Source of the DNA: Eledone cirrhosa
Taxonomy: Eukaryota
NCBI GenBank assembly: GCA_964016885.1
Contig: OZ024740.1
Span: 439,394,001 to 439,458,000 of the forward strand
Reading direction: 5' to 3'
DNA length: 64,000 nucleotides
The position numbers were made by a program, and so were the translations under genes. Within the stretch, counting starts at the first letter, position 1. Each line of letters begins with the position of its first letter. Below the pieces are notes generated by a model. The model did not search any database. It saw only the letters and a program-made list of their open reading frames with translations, and had not been told where the DNA came from. Positions 45,089-63,030 of this stretch are shown piece after piece.

Positions 45089-46405
45089 GACAGCAGATCA
45101 TATAGACAACAGTTGATATAGACAAGAGAGGATATAGACAACACATGATATAGACAACAGATGATATAGACAACAGATGAATAGACAACAGATGATATAG
45201 ACAACACATGATATAGACAACAGATGAATAGACAAAATATGATATAGACAACATATGATATAGACAACACATGATATAGACAACACATGATATAGACAAC
45301 ACATGATATAGATAATAGATGATATAGGCAACAGATAATATAGACAACAGTTGATATAGACGACAGATAATATAGACAAAAGATGATATTGACAAGAAAG
45401 GATATAGACAACACATGATACAGACAACACATGATATAGATAATAGATGATATAGACAACAGATGATATAGACAACACATGATATAGATAATAGATGATA
45501 TAGTCAACAGATGATATAGACAACAGATGATATAGACAATAGATGATATAGACTACAGATGATATTAAAACAGATGATATAGACAACACAAGATATAGAC
45601 AATAGATTATATAGACAACAGATGATATAGACAACAGTTGATATAGACAACAGATGATATAGACAACAGGTGATATAGACAACAGATGATATAGACAAAA
45701 AAGATATAGACAACACCTGATATAGACAACACATGATATAGATAATAGAAGATATAGGCAACAGATGATATAGAAAACAGATGATGTAGACAACAGATGA
45801 TATAAACAACACATGATATAGAAAACACAGGATATAGATAATAGATGATATAACAACACATGATATAGACAACAGATGATATAGACAACAGTTGATAGAG
45901 ACAACAGATGATATAGGCAACATATGATATAGACAACAGATGATATAGACAACACATGATATAGAAACCAGATGATATAGACAGCAGATGATATAGACAA
46001 CAGTTAATATAGACAACAAATGATATAGACAACATATGATATAGACAACACATTATATAGACAACAAATGATATAGACAACAGGTGATATAGACAACACA
46101 TGATATAGACAACACATGATATAGATAATAGATGATATAGGCAACAGATGATATAGACAACAGATGAAATAGACAACACATGATATAGACGACACATGAT
46201 ATAGACAACAGATGATATAGACAACAGATGATATAGACAACAGGTAATATAGACAACAGTTGATATAGACAACAGATAATATAGACAACAGATGATATTT
46301 TCAACAGATGATATAGGCAACAGATGATATAGACAACAGATGATATAGACAACACATGATATAGACAGCAAATCATATAGACAACATTTGATATAGACAA
46401 CAGAG

Positions 46406-49400
46406 GATATAGACAACACATGATATAGACAACACATGATATAGACAACAGATGAATAGACAACAGATGATATAGACAAGACATGATATAGACAACAGAT
46501 GGATAGACAACAGATGATATAGACAACACATGATATAGACAAAACATGATTTAGACAACAGATGATATAGAAAACAGATGATATAGACAACAGATGGATA
46601 GACAATAAATGATATAGACAACAGATGATATAGACAACAGATGATATAGACAACAGATGATAGGGACAACAGATGATATAGGCAACATACGATATAGACA
46701 ACAGATGATATAGACAACACATGATATAAACAATAGATGATATAGACAGCAGAGTATATAGACAGCAGTTGATATAGACAACAGATGATATAGACAACAG
46801 ATGATATAGATATCACCTGATATAGACAATACCTGATATAGACAACAGATGATATAGACAACACATGATATAGACAACAGATGATATAGACTACATATGA
46901 TAGAGACAACAGATGATATAGACAACAGATGATATAGACAACACATGATATAGATAATAGATGATATAGACTACAGATGATATAGACAATAAATGATATA
47001 GACAACACCTGATATAGAAATCACATGATATATACAACAGATGATATAGGCAACAACTGATATAGACAACACCTGATATAGACAACACATGATATATACA
47101 ACAGATGATATAGACAACAATTATATAGACAACACATGATATAGACAACACAGGATATAGATAATAGATGATATAGACAACAGATGATTTAGACAACAGA
47201 TGATATAGACAACAAGGGAATAGACAACAAATGATTTAGACAACAGATAATATAGACAACAGATGATATAGACAACAACTGATATAGACAACAACTGATA
47301 TAGACAACAGATGATATAGACATCACCTGATATAGACAACACCTAATATAGACAACAAATGATATAGACAACACATGATATAGAAAACAGATGATATAGA
47401 CTACAAATGTTATAGACACCAGATGATATAAACAACAGATGATATAGACAACATATAATATAGACAACAGTTGATATAGACAACAGATGATATAGACAAC
47501 AGATAATATAGACACCATATGATATTGGAAACAGATGATAGAGGCAACATATGAAATAGACAACAGATGATATAGACAACACATGATATACACAGCAGAG
47601 TATATAGACAACAGTTGATATAGTCAACAGTTGATATAGACAACAAATGATATTGACAACACATGATATAGATAATAGATGATATAGACAACATATGATA
47701 TAGACAACAGGTGATATAGACAACACATGATATAGACAATAGATGATATAGACAAAAGATGATATAGACAAAAGATGATATAGACAACGCATGATATAGA
47801 TAATAGATGATATAGGCAACAGATGATATAGACAACACATGATATAGACAACAGTTGATATAGACAACAGCGGATATAGACAACACATGATATAGACAAC
47901 ACATGATATAGATAATAGATGATATAGGCAACAGATGATATAGACAACAGATGAGGTAGACAACACATGATATAGACGACACATGATATAGTTAACAGAT
48001 GATCTAGACAACAGATAATATAGACAACAATTGATATAGACAACAAATAATATAGACAACAGATGATATTGACAACAGATGATATAGACAACACATGATA
48101 TAAACAATAGGTGATATAGACAGCAGATGATATAGACAACAGTTGATATAGACAACAGACGAGATAGACAACAGATGATATAGACTACATATGATATAGA
48201 CAACATATGATATAGACAACAGATGATATAGACAACACATGATATAGATAATAGACGATATATGCAACAGATGATATACACAACAGATGATATAGACAAT
48301 AGATGATATAGACAACAGTTGATATAGACAGCACATGATAAAGACAACAGATGATATAGACAACACTTGATATAGACAACAGATGATATAGATAATAGAT
48401 GATATAGGCAACAGATGATATAGACAACACATGATATAGACAACAGTTGATATAGACAACAGCGGATATAGACAACACATGATACAGACAACACATGATA
48501 TAGATAATAGATGATATAGGCAACATATGATATAGACAACAGTTGACATAGTCAACACATGATATAGACAACACATGATATAGACAACAGATGATACAGA
48601 AAACAGATGATCTAGAAAACAGATAATATAGACAACAGTTGATATAGACAACCTTTAATATAGACAACACGTGATATAGGCAACAGATGATATAGACAAA
48701 AGAGCATATAGACAACACATGATATAGACAGCAGATGATATAGACAACAGTTGATATAGACAACAGATGATATAGACAAGAGATGATATAGACAACAGAT
48801 GATATAGACAAGAGATGATATAGACAACAGATGATAGAGATAACAGATGATATAGGCAACATTCGATATAAACAACAGATGATATGGACAACACATGATA
48901 TAGACAACAGATAATATAGACAACAGTTGATATAGACAAGAGATAATATAGATAAAAGATGATATTGACAACATATGATATAGGAAACAGATGATATAGA
49001 CAACATATGATATAGCCAAAACATGATATAGACAGCAGATGATATATACAACAGATGATATAGACAACAGATGATATAGACAACACATGATATAGATAAT
49101 AGATGATATAGACAACAGATGATATAGACAACAGATGAATAGTCAACAAATGATATAGACAAAAGGTGATATAGACAACAGATGATAGAGACAACAGATG
49201 ATATAGGCAAGATACGATATAAACAACAGATGATATGGACAACACATTATATAGACAACAGATAATTATAGAAAACACATGATATAAACAATAGATGATA
49301 TAGACAACATTTGATATAGACATCACCTTATATAGACAATACCTGATATAGACAACAGACGATATAGACAACACATGATATAGACAACAGATGATATAGA

Positions 49401-52400
49401 CTACATATGATATAGATAACAGATGGTATAGGCAAGAGATGATATAGACAACAGATGATATAGACAATATATGATATAGACAACAGATGATATAGACAAA
49501 AGATTATATAGACAATAGATTATATAGACAATAGATGATATAGACAACAGTTGATATAGACAACAGGTGATATAGACAACAGATGATATAGACAACAGAT
49601 GATATATACTACAGATGCTATAGACAATAGATGATATAGACAACACCTGATATAGACAACAGATCATATAGACAACACATGATATAGACAACAGTTGATA
49701 TAGACATCACCTGATATAGACAATACCTAATATAGACAACAGATGATATAGACAACACATGATATAGACAACAGATGATATAGACTACATATGATATAGA
49801 CAACAGATAATATAGACAACAGATGATATTGACAACAGATGATATAGGCAACAGATGATATAGACAACAGATGATACAGACAAACATGATATAGACAACA
49901 GATGATACAGACAGCAAATGATATAGCCAACAGTTGATATAGACAATACCTGATATAGACAAGAGATGATATAGGCAACCCATGATATAGATAACATATG
50001 ATATAGACAACAGATGATTAAGACAACACATGATATAGACAACACATGATATAGACAACACATGATATAGGTAATAGATGATATAGGCAACAGATGATAT
50101 AGACGACAGATGATGTAGACAACACATGACATAGACTACAGATGATGTAGACACCACATGATATAGACAACAGATAATATAGACAACAGTTGATATAGAC
50201 AAGAGATAATATAGATAAAAGATGATATTGACAACAGATGATATAGGAAACAGATGATATAGACAACATATGATATAGCCAACACATGATATAGACAGCA
50301 GATGATATAGACAACTGTTCATATAGACAACAGAGGATATCGACAACAGTTGATATATACAACAGATGATATAGACAACAGATGATATAGACAACACATG
50401 ATATAGATAATAGATGATATAGACAACAGATGATATAGACAACAGATGAATAGTCAACAAATGATATAGACAAAAGGTGATATAGACAACAGATGATAGA
50501 GACAACAGATGATATAGGCAAGATACGATATAGACAACAGATGATATAGACAACACATGATATAAACAATAGATGATATAGACAGCAGGTGATATAGACA
50601 ACAGTTGATGTAGACAACAGATGATTTAGACAACAGATGATATAGGCGTCACCTGATATAGACAATACCTGATATAGACAACAGATGATATAGACAACAC
50701 ATGATATAGACAGCATATGATATAGACTACATATGATATAGACAGCAGATAGTATATACAACAGATGATATAGGCAACACATGATATAGATAATAGATGA
50801 TATAGGCAACAGATGATATAGACAAAAGTTGATATAGACAGCAGATGATATAGACAACAGATGATATAGACAACACTTGATATAGACAACAGATGATATA
50901 GATAATAGATGATATAGGCAACAGATGATATAGACAGCAAATGATATAGACAACAGATGATATAGACATCACTTGATATAGACAACAGATGATATAGATA
51001 ATAGATGATATAGGCAACAGATGATATAGACAACACATGATATAGATAATAGATGATATAGAAAACAGATGATATAGACAACAGATGACGTAGTCAAAAC
51101 ATGATGTAGATGACACATGATATTGACAACAGATGATACAGACAACAGATGATCTAGACAAGAGATAATATAGACAACAGTTGATATAGACAACAGATTA
51201 TATAGACAACAGATGATATTGACAACAGATGATATAGGAAACAAATGATATAGACAACAGATGATATAGACAAAAGATGATAGAGACAAAAGAATATATA
51301 GGCAACATATGATATAGACAACTGATAATATAGACAACACATGATATAGAAAATAGATGATATAGACAACAGATGATACAGACAGCAAATGATATAGCCA
51401 ACAGTTGATATAGACAATACCTGATATAGACAACAGATGATATAGACAACACATGATATAGTCAACAGATGAATAGACAACAAATGATATAGACAACAGC
51501 GGATAGGGACAACACATGATACAGACAACACATGATGTAGATAATTGATGATATAGAAAACAGATGATATAGACAACAAATGACGTAGTCAACACATGAT
51601 ATAGATGACACATGATATTGACAACAGATGATACAGACAACAGATGATCTAGACAACAGATAATATAGACAACAGTTGATATAGACAACACATGATATAG
51701 ACAACACATGATATAGACAACAGATGAATAGACAACAGATGATATAGACAAGACATGATATAGACAACAGATGGATAGACAACAGATGATATAGACAACA
51801 CATGATATAGACAAAACATGATTTAGACAACAGATGATATAGAAAACAGATGATATAGACAACAGATGGATAGACAATAAATGATATAGACAACAGATGA
51901 TATAGACAACAGATGATATAGACAACAGATGATAGGGACAACAGATGATATAGGCAACATACGATATAGACAACAGATGATATAGACAACACATGATATA
52001 AACAATAGATGATATAGACAGCAGAGTATATAGACAGCAGTTGATATAGACAACAGATGATATAGACAACAGATGATATAGATATCACCTGATATAGACA
52101 ATACCTGATATAGACAACAGATGATATAGACAACACATGATATAGACAACAGATGATATAGACTACATATGATAGAGACAACAGATGATATAGACAACAG
52201 ATGATATAGACAACACATGATATAGATAATAGATGATATAGACTACAGATGATATAGACAATAAATGATATAGACAACACCTGATATAGAAATCACATGA
52301 TATATACAACAGATGATATAGGCAACAACTGATATAGACAACACCTGATATAGACAACACATGATATATACAACAGATGATATAGACAACAATTATATAG

Positions 52401-55400
52401 ACAACACATGATATAGACAACACAGGATATAGATAATAGATGATATAGACAACAGATGATTTAGACAACAGATGATATAGACAACAAGGGAATAGACAAC
52501 AAATGATTTAGACAACAGATAATATAGACAACAGATGATAGAGACAACAGATGATACAGGCAACATATGATATAGACAACAGATGAAATAGACAACAGAT
52601 GATATAGACAACAACTGATATAGACAACAACTGATATAGACAACAGATGATATAGACATCACCTGATATAGACAACACCTAATATAGACAACAGATGATA
52701 TAGACAACACATTATATAGAAAACAGATGATATAGACTACAAATGTTATAGACACCAGATGATATAAACAACAGATGATATAGACAACATATAATATAGA
52801 CAACAGTTGATATAGACAACAGATGATATAGACAACAGATAATATAGACACCATATGATATTGGAAACAGATGATAGAGGCAACATATGAAATAGACAAC
52901 AGATGATATAGACAACACATGATATACACAGCAGAGTATATAGACAACAGTTGATATAGTCAACAGTTGATATAGACAACAAATGATATTGACAACACAT
53001 GATATAGATAATAGATGATATAGACAACATATGATATAGACAACAGGTGATATAGACAACACATGATATAGACAATAGATGATATAGACAAAAGATGATA
53101 TAGACAAAAGATGATATAGACAACGCATGATATAGATAATAGATGATATAGGCAACAGATGATATAGACAACACATGATATAGACAACAGTTGATATAGA
53201 CAACAGCGGATATAGACAACACATGATATAGACAACACATGATATAGATAATAGATGATATAGGCAACAGATGATATAGACAACAGATGAGGTAGACAAC
53301 ACATGATATAGACGACACATGATATAGTTAACAGATGATCTAGACAACAGATAATATAGACAACAATTGATATAGACAACAAATAATATAGACAAAAGAT
53401 GATATTGACAACAGATGATATAGACAACACATGATATAAACAATAGGTGATATAGACAGCAGATGATATAGACAACAGTTGATATAGACAACAGACGAGA
53501 TAGACAACAGATGATATAGACTACATATGATATAGACAACATATGATATAGACAACAGATGATATAGACAACACATGATATAGATAATAGACGATATATG
53601 CAACAGATGATATACACAACAGATGATATAGACAATAGATGATATAGACAACAGTTGATATAGACAGCACATGATAAAGACAACAGATGATATAGACAAC
53701 ACTTGATATAGACAACAGATGATATAGATAATAGATGATATAGGCAACAGATGATATAGACAACACATGATATAGACAACAGTTGATATAGACAACAGCG
53801 GATATAGACAACACATGATACAGACAACACATGATATAGATAATAGATGATATAGGCAACATATGATATAGACAACAGTTGACATAGTCAACACATGATA
53901 TAGACAACACATGATATAGACAACAGATGATACAGAAAACAGATGATCTAGAAAACAGATAATATAGACAACAGTTGATATAGACAACCTTTAATATAGA
54001 CAACACGTGATATAGGCAACAGATGATATAGACAAAAGAGCATATAGACAACACATGATATAGACAGCAGATGATATAGACAACAGTTGATATAGACAAC
54101 AGATGATATAGACAAGAGATGATATAGACAACAGATGATATAGACAAGAGATGATATAGACAACAGATGATAGAGATAACAGATGATATAGGCAACATTC
54201 GATATAAACAACAGATGATATGGACAACACATGATATAGACAACAGATAATATAGACAACAGTTGATATAGACAAGAGATAATATAGATAAAAGATGATA
54301 TTGACAACATATGATATAGGAAACAGATGATATAGACAACATATGATATAGCCAAAACATGATATAGACAGCAGATGATATATACAACAGATGATATAGA
54401 CAACAGATGATATAGACAACACATGATATAGATAATAGATGATATAGACAACAGATGATATAGACAACAGATGAATAGTCAACAAATGATATAGACAAAA
54501 GGTGATATAGACAACAGATGATAGAGACAACAGATGATATAGGCAAGATACGATATAAACAACAGATGATATGGACAACACATTATATAGACAACAGATA
54601 ATTATTGAAAACACATGATATAAACAATAGATGATATAGACAACATTTGATATAGACATCACCTTATATAGACAATACCTGATATAGACAACAGACGATA
54701 TAGACAACACATGATATAGACAACAGATGATATAGACTACATATGATATAGATAACAGATGGTATAGGCAAGAGATGATATAGACAACAGATGATATAGA
54801 CAATATATGATATAGACAACAGATGATATAGACAAAAGATTATATAGACAATAGATTATATAGACAATAGATGATATAGACAACAGTTGATATAGACAAC
54901 AGGTGATATAGACAACAGATGATATAGACAACAGATGATATATACTACAGATGCTATAGACAATAGATGATATAGACAACACCTGATATAGACAACAGAT
55001 CATATAGACAACACATGATATAGACAACAGTTGATATAGACATCACCTGATATAGACAATACCTAATATAGACAACAGATGATATAGACAACACATGATA
55101 TAGACAACAGATGATATAGACTACATATGATATAGACAACAGATAATATAGACAACAGATGATATTGACAACAGATGATATAGGCAACAGATGATATAGA
55201 CAACAGATGATACAGACAAACATGATATAGACAACAGATGATACAGACAGCAAATGATATAGCCAACAGTTGATATAGACAATACCTGATATAGACAAGA
55301 GATGATATAGGCAACCCATGATATAGATAACATATGATATAGACAACAGATGATTAAGACAACACATGATATAGACAACACATGATATAGACAACACATG

Positions 55401-57020
55401 ATATAGGTAATAGATGATATAGGCAACAGATGATATAGACGACAGATGATGTAGACAACACATGACATAGACTACAGATGATGTAGACACCACATGATAT
55501 AGACAACAGATAATATAGACAACAGTTGATATAGACAAGAGATAATATAGATAAAAGATGATATTGACAACAGATGATATAGGAAACAGATGATATAGAC
55601 AACATATGATATAGCCAACACATGATATAGACAGCAGATGATATAGACAACTGTTCATATAGACAACAGAGGATATCGACAACAGTTGATATATACAACA
55701 GATGATATAGACAACAGATGATATAGACAACACATGATATAGATAATAGATGATATAGACAACAGATGATATAGACAACAGATGAATAGTCAACAAATGA
55801 TATAGACAAAAGGTGATATAGACAACAGATGATAGAGACAACAGATGATATAGGCAAGATACGATATAGACAACAGATGATATAGACAACACATGATATA
55901 AACAATAGATGATATAGACAGCAGGTGATATAGACAACAGTTGATGTAGACAACAGATGATTTAGACAACAGATGATATAGGCGTCACCTGATATAGACA
56001 ATACCTGATATAGACAACAGATGATATAGACAACACATGATATAGACAGCATATGATATAGACTACATATGATATAGACAGCAGATAGTATATACAACAG
56101 ATGATATAGGCAACACATGATATAGATAATAGATGATATAGGCAACAGATGATATAGACAAAAGTTGATATAGACAGCAGATGATATAGACAACAGATGA
56201 TATAGACAACACTTGATATAGACAACAGATGATATAGATAATAGATGATATAGGCAACAGATGATATAGACAGCAAATGATATAGACAACAGATGATATA
56301 GACATCACTTGATATAGACAACAGATGATATAGATAATAGATGATATAGGCAACAGATGATATAGACAACACATGATATAGATAATAGATGATATAGAAA
56401 ACAGATGATATAGACAACAGATGACGTAGTCAAAACATGATGTAGATGACACATGATATTGACAACAGATGATACAGACAACAGATGATCTAGACAAGAG
56501 ATAATATAGACAACAGTTGATATAGACAACAGATTATATAGACAACAGATGATATTGACAACAGATGATATAGGAAACAAATGATATAGACAACAGATGA
56601 TATAGACAAAAGATGATAGAGACAAAAGAATATATAGGCAACATATGATATAGACAACTGATAATATAGACAACACATGATATAGAAAATAGATGATATA
56701 GACAACAGATGATACAGACAGCAAATGATATAGCCAACAGTTGATATAGACAATGCCTGATATAGACAACAGATGATATAGACAACACATGATATAGACA
56801 ACAGATGAATAGACAACAAATGATATAGACAACAGCGGATAGGGACAACACATGATACAGACAACACATGATGTAGATAATTGATGATATAGAAAACAGA
56901 TGATATAGACAACAAATGACGTAGTCAACACATGATATAGATGACACATGATATTGAAAACAGATGATACAGACAACAGATGATCTAGACAACAGATAAT
57001 ATAGACAACAGTTGATATAG
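46406..57020. repeat. Near-identical tandem duplication of about 5.3 kb (46406-51677 and 51678-about 57020)
   Basis: Offsets are +5272 (46551/51823, 46891/52163), then +5336 for all later ORFs (47410/52746 through 51198/56534). The 64-bp shift equals four monomers. Confidence 0.93.
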
Positions 57021-60000
57021 ACAACAGATAATATAGACAACAGAGGATATTGACAACAGATGATATAGGCAACAGATGATATAGACAACATATGATATAG
57101 ACAACACATGATATAGACAGCAGATGATATAGACAACAGTTGATATAGACAACAGGGGATATAGACAACAGGGGATATAGACAATACATGATATAGACAA
57201 CACATGATATAGATAACAGATGATATAGACAACAGATGATATAGACAACAGATGAATAAAAAACAAATGATATATACACAAGATGATATAGACAACAGAT
57301 GATAGAGAAAACATGATATAGGCAACATACGATATAAACAACAGATGATATAGACAACACATGATATAAACAATAGATGATATAGACAGCAGATGATATG
57401 GACAACAGTTGATATAGACAATAGGTGATATAGACAACAGATGATATAGACATCACCTGATATAGACAATACCTGCTATAGACAACAGACGATATAGACA
57501 ACACATGATATAGACAACATATGATATAGACTACATATGATATAGACAACAGATGGTATAGACAACAGATGATATAGACAACAATGATATCGAAAATAGA
57601 TGATATAGACAATAGATTATATAGACAATAGATGATATAGACAGCAGATGATATGGACAACAGTTGATATAGACAATAGGTGATATAGACAACAGATGAT
57701 ATAGACATCACCTGATATAGACAATACCTGCTATAGACAACAGACGATATAGACAACACATGATATAGACAACAGATGATATAGACTACATATGATATAG
57801 ACAACAGATGGTATAGACAACAGATGATATAGACATCACCTCATATAGACAATACCTGATATAGACAACAGATGATATAGACAACACATGATATAGACAA
57901 CTGATGATATAGACTACATATGATATAGACAACAGATAATATAGACAACAGATGATATTGACAACAGATGATATAGGCAACAGATGATATAACAACATAT
58001 GATATAGACAAACATGATATAGATAATAGATGATATAGACAACTGATGATATAGACAACAGATGATATAGACAACAGATGAATAGACAACAAATGATATA
58101 GACAACAGATGATATAGACAAAAGATGATAGAGACAAAAGATTATATAGGCAACTTATGATATAGACAACTGATGATATAGACAACACATGATATAGAAA
58201 ACAGATGATATAGACAACACATGATATAGCCAACAGTTGATATAGACAATACCTGATATAGACAACAGATGATATAGACAACACATGATATAGACAACAG
58301 ATGATATAGACAACAGATGATATAGACAACACATGATATAGACAACACATTAGATAGAAAACACATGATATAGATAATAGATGATATAGGCAACAGATGA
58401 TATAGACAACAGATGATGTAGACAACACATGATATAGACTACAGATGATGTAGACACCGCATGATATAGACAACAGGTAATATAGACAAAAGATGATATT
58501 GACAACAGAGGATATAGGCAACAGATGATATAGACAACAGATGATATAGCCAACACATTCTATAGACAGCAGATGATATAGACAACAGTTGATATATACA
58601 ACATAGGATATAGACAGCAGTTGATATATACAACAGATGGTATAGACAACAGATGATATAGACAACACATGATATAGACAACAGATGAATAATCAACAAA
58701 TGATATAGACAACAGGTGATATAGACATTAGATGATAGAGACAACAGATGATATAGGCAAGATACGATATAGACAACAGATGATATAGACAACACATGAT
58801 ATCATCAATAGTTGATATAGACAGCTGATGATATAGACAACAGTTGATGTAGACAACAGATGATTTAGACAACAGATGATATAGACGTCACCTGATATAG
58901 ACAATACCTGATATAGACAACAGATGATATAGACAACACATGATATAGACAACATATGATATAGACTACATATGATATAGACAACAGATTATATATACAA
59001 CAGATGATATAGACAACAGTTGATATATAAAACAGATGATATAGACAATAGATGATATAGACAACAGATGATATAGATAATAGATGATATAGGCAACAGA
59101 TGATATTGACAACAGATGATATAGACAATAGATGATATAGACAACATATGATATAGACTACATATGATATAGACAACAGATTATATATACAACAGATGAT
59201 ATAGACAACACATGATATAGATAATAGATGATATAGAGAATAGATGATATAGACTACAGATGATATAACAACAGATGATATAGACAACACATGATATAGG
59301 CAATAGATTATATAGACAACAGATGATATAGACAACAGTTGATATATATTTCAGATGATATAGACAACAGATGATATAGACAACAGATGATATAGACTAC
59401 AGATGATATAGACAACAAATGATATAGACAACACCTGATATAGACAACACCTGATATAGATAATAGATGATATAGGCAACAGATGATATAGACAACAGGT
59501 GATGTAGACAACAGATGATAGAGACAACACCTGATATAGACAACACAGGATATAGATAATAGATGATATAGACGACAGATGATATAGACAACAGATGATA
59601 TAGACAACAAATGAATAGACAACAAATAATATAGACAACAGATGAAAGAGACACCAGATGATATAGACAACACCTGATATAGACAACAGATGATATATAC
59701 TATACATAATATAGACAAAATATGATATAGACAACAGATGATATAGACAATAGGTGATATAGACTACAGATGATATAACTACAGATGATATAGACAACAC
59801 ATGATATAGACAATAGATTATATAGACAACAGATGATATAGATAACAGTTGATATATACAACAGTTGATATAGAAAACAGATGATATAGACAACAGATGA
59901 TATAGACTACAGATGATATAGACAACAAATGATATAGACAACACCTGATATAGACAACACATGATATAGATAATAGATGATATAGACAAAAGATGATATA

Positions 60001-60299
60001 GACAACACCTGATATATACAACACAGGATATAGATAATAGATGATATAGACAACAGATGATATAGACAACAGATGATATAGACGACAAATGAATAGACAA
60101 AAAATGATATAGACAACAGGTGATATAGACAAAAGATGATAGAGACAACAGATGATATAGACGTCACCTGATATAGACAATACATGATATAGACAACAGA
60201 TGATATAGACAACACATGAGATAGACAACATATGATATAGACTACATATGATATAGACAACAGATTATATATACAACAGATGATATAGGCAACACGTGA

Positions 60300-63030
60300 T
60301 ATAGATAATAGATGATATAGGCAACAGATGATATAGACAACAGATGATGTAGACAACAAATGAATAGAAAACAAATTATATAGACAACAGATGATATAGA
60401 CAACAGATGAATGAGACAACAGATGATACAGGCAACATATGATATAGACAACAGATGATATATACTATTCATGATATAGACAAAATATGATATAGACAAC
60501 ACCTGATATAGACAATACCTGATATAGACAACACATGATATAGACAACAGATGATATATACTACATATGGTATAGAAAAAAGATGATATAGCAACAGATG
60601 ATATAGATAACACATGATATAGACAACACATGAAATAGACAACAGATGATATAGAATAAATATGATATAGACAACAGATGCTATAGACAACAGATGATAT
60701 AGACAACACATGATATAAATAATAGATGATATAGGCAACAGATGATATAGACAACAGATGATATAGACAATAGATGATATAGACTACAGATGATATAACA
60801 ACAGATGATATAGACAAAACATGATATAGACAAAAGATTATATAGACAACAGCTGATATAGACAACAGTTGATATATACAACAGATGATATAGACAACAG
60901 ATGATATAGACAACAGATGATATAGACTACAGATGATATAGACAACAAATGATGTAGACAACACCTGATGTAGACAACACATGATATAGATAATATATGA
61001 TATAGGCAACAGATGATATAGACAACAGATGATGTAGACAACGTATGATATATACAACACCTGATATAGATAACACAGGATATAGATAATAGATGATATA
61101 GACAACAGATGATATAGACAACAGATGATATAGACAACAGATGATATAGACAACAGATGATATAGATAACACATGATATAGACAACACATGATATATATA
61201 ATAGATGATATAGAGATCAGATGATATAGACAACAGATGAATAGACAACAAATGATATAGAGAACAGATGATATAGACAACAGATGATATAGGCATCACC
61301 TGATATAGACAATACCTGATATAGACAACAGATTATATAGACTACATATGATATAGACAACAGATGATATAGAGAACAGATGATATAGACTACATATGGT
61401 ATAGAAAAAAGATGATATAGACAACAGATGATATAGATAACACATGATATAGACAACACATGATATAGACAACACATGATTTAGATAATAGGTGATATAG
61501 ACATCAGATGATATAGACAACAGATGAATAGACAACAAATGATATAGATAACAGATGATATAGACAACAGACGATATAGACATCACCTGATATAGACAAT
61601 ACCTTGATATAGACGACAGATGATATAGACAATAGATGATATAGACTACAGATGATATAACAACAGATGATATAGACAACACATGATATAGACAACGCAT
61701 GATATAGATAATAGAATATATAGGCAACAGATGATATAGACAACAGATGATGTAGACAACAAATGAATAGAAAACAAATTATATAGACAACAGATGATAT
61801 AGACAACAGATGAATGAGACAACAGATGATACAGGCAACATATGACATAGACAACAGATGATATATACTATTCATGATATAGACAAAATATGATATAGAC
61901 AACACCTGATATAGACAATACCTGATATAGACAACACATGATATAGACAACAGATGATATATACTACATATGGTATAGAAAAAAGATGATATAGCAACAG
62001 ATGATATAGATAACACATGATATAGACAACACATGAAATAGACAACAGATGATATAGAATAAATATGATATAGACAACAGATGCTATAGACAACAGATGA
62101 TATAGACAACACATGATATAAATAATAGATGATATAGGCAACAGATGATATAGACAACAGATGATATAGACAATAGATGATATAGACTACAGATGATATA
62201 ACAACAGATGATATAGACAAAACATGATATAGACAAAAGATTATATAGACAACAGCTGATATAGACAACAGTTGATATAGACAACAGATGATATAGACAA
62301 CAGATGATATAGACAACAGATGATATAGACTACAGATGATATAGACAACAAATGATGTAGACAACACCTGATATAGACAACACATGATATAGATAATATA
62401 TGATATAGGCAACAGATGATATAGACAACAGATGATGTAGACAACGTATGATATATACAACACCTGATATAGATAACACAGGATATAGATAATAGATGAT
62501 ATAGACAACAGATGATATAGACAACAGATGATATAGACAACAGATGATATAGACAACAGATGATATAGATAACACATGATATAGACAACACATGATATAT
62601 ATAATAGATGATATAGAGATCAGATGATATAGACAACAGATGAATAGACAACAAATGATATAGACAACAGATGATATAGACAACAGATGATATAGGCATA
62701 ACCTGATATAGACAATACCTGATATAGACAACAGATTATATAGACTACATATGATATAGACAACAGATGATATAGAGAACAGATGATATAGACTACATAT
62801 GGTATAGAAAAAAGATGATATAGACAACAGATGATATAGATAACACATGATATAGACAACACATGATATAGACAACACATGATTTAGATAATAGGTGATA
62901 TAGACATCAGATGATATAGACAACAGATGAATAGACAACAAATGATATAGATAACAGATGATATAGACAACAGACGATATAGACATCACCTGATATAGAC
63001 AATACCTGATATAGACGACAGATGATATAG
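60300..63030. repeat. Tandem block duplication, period 1403 bp
   Basis: Offsets are +1403 (60469/61872, 60681/62084, 60838/62241, 61217/62620). Shared rare variants include gaatgagac, tactattcat, gaataaatat and gagatcagat. Confidence 0.88.
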
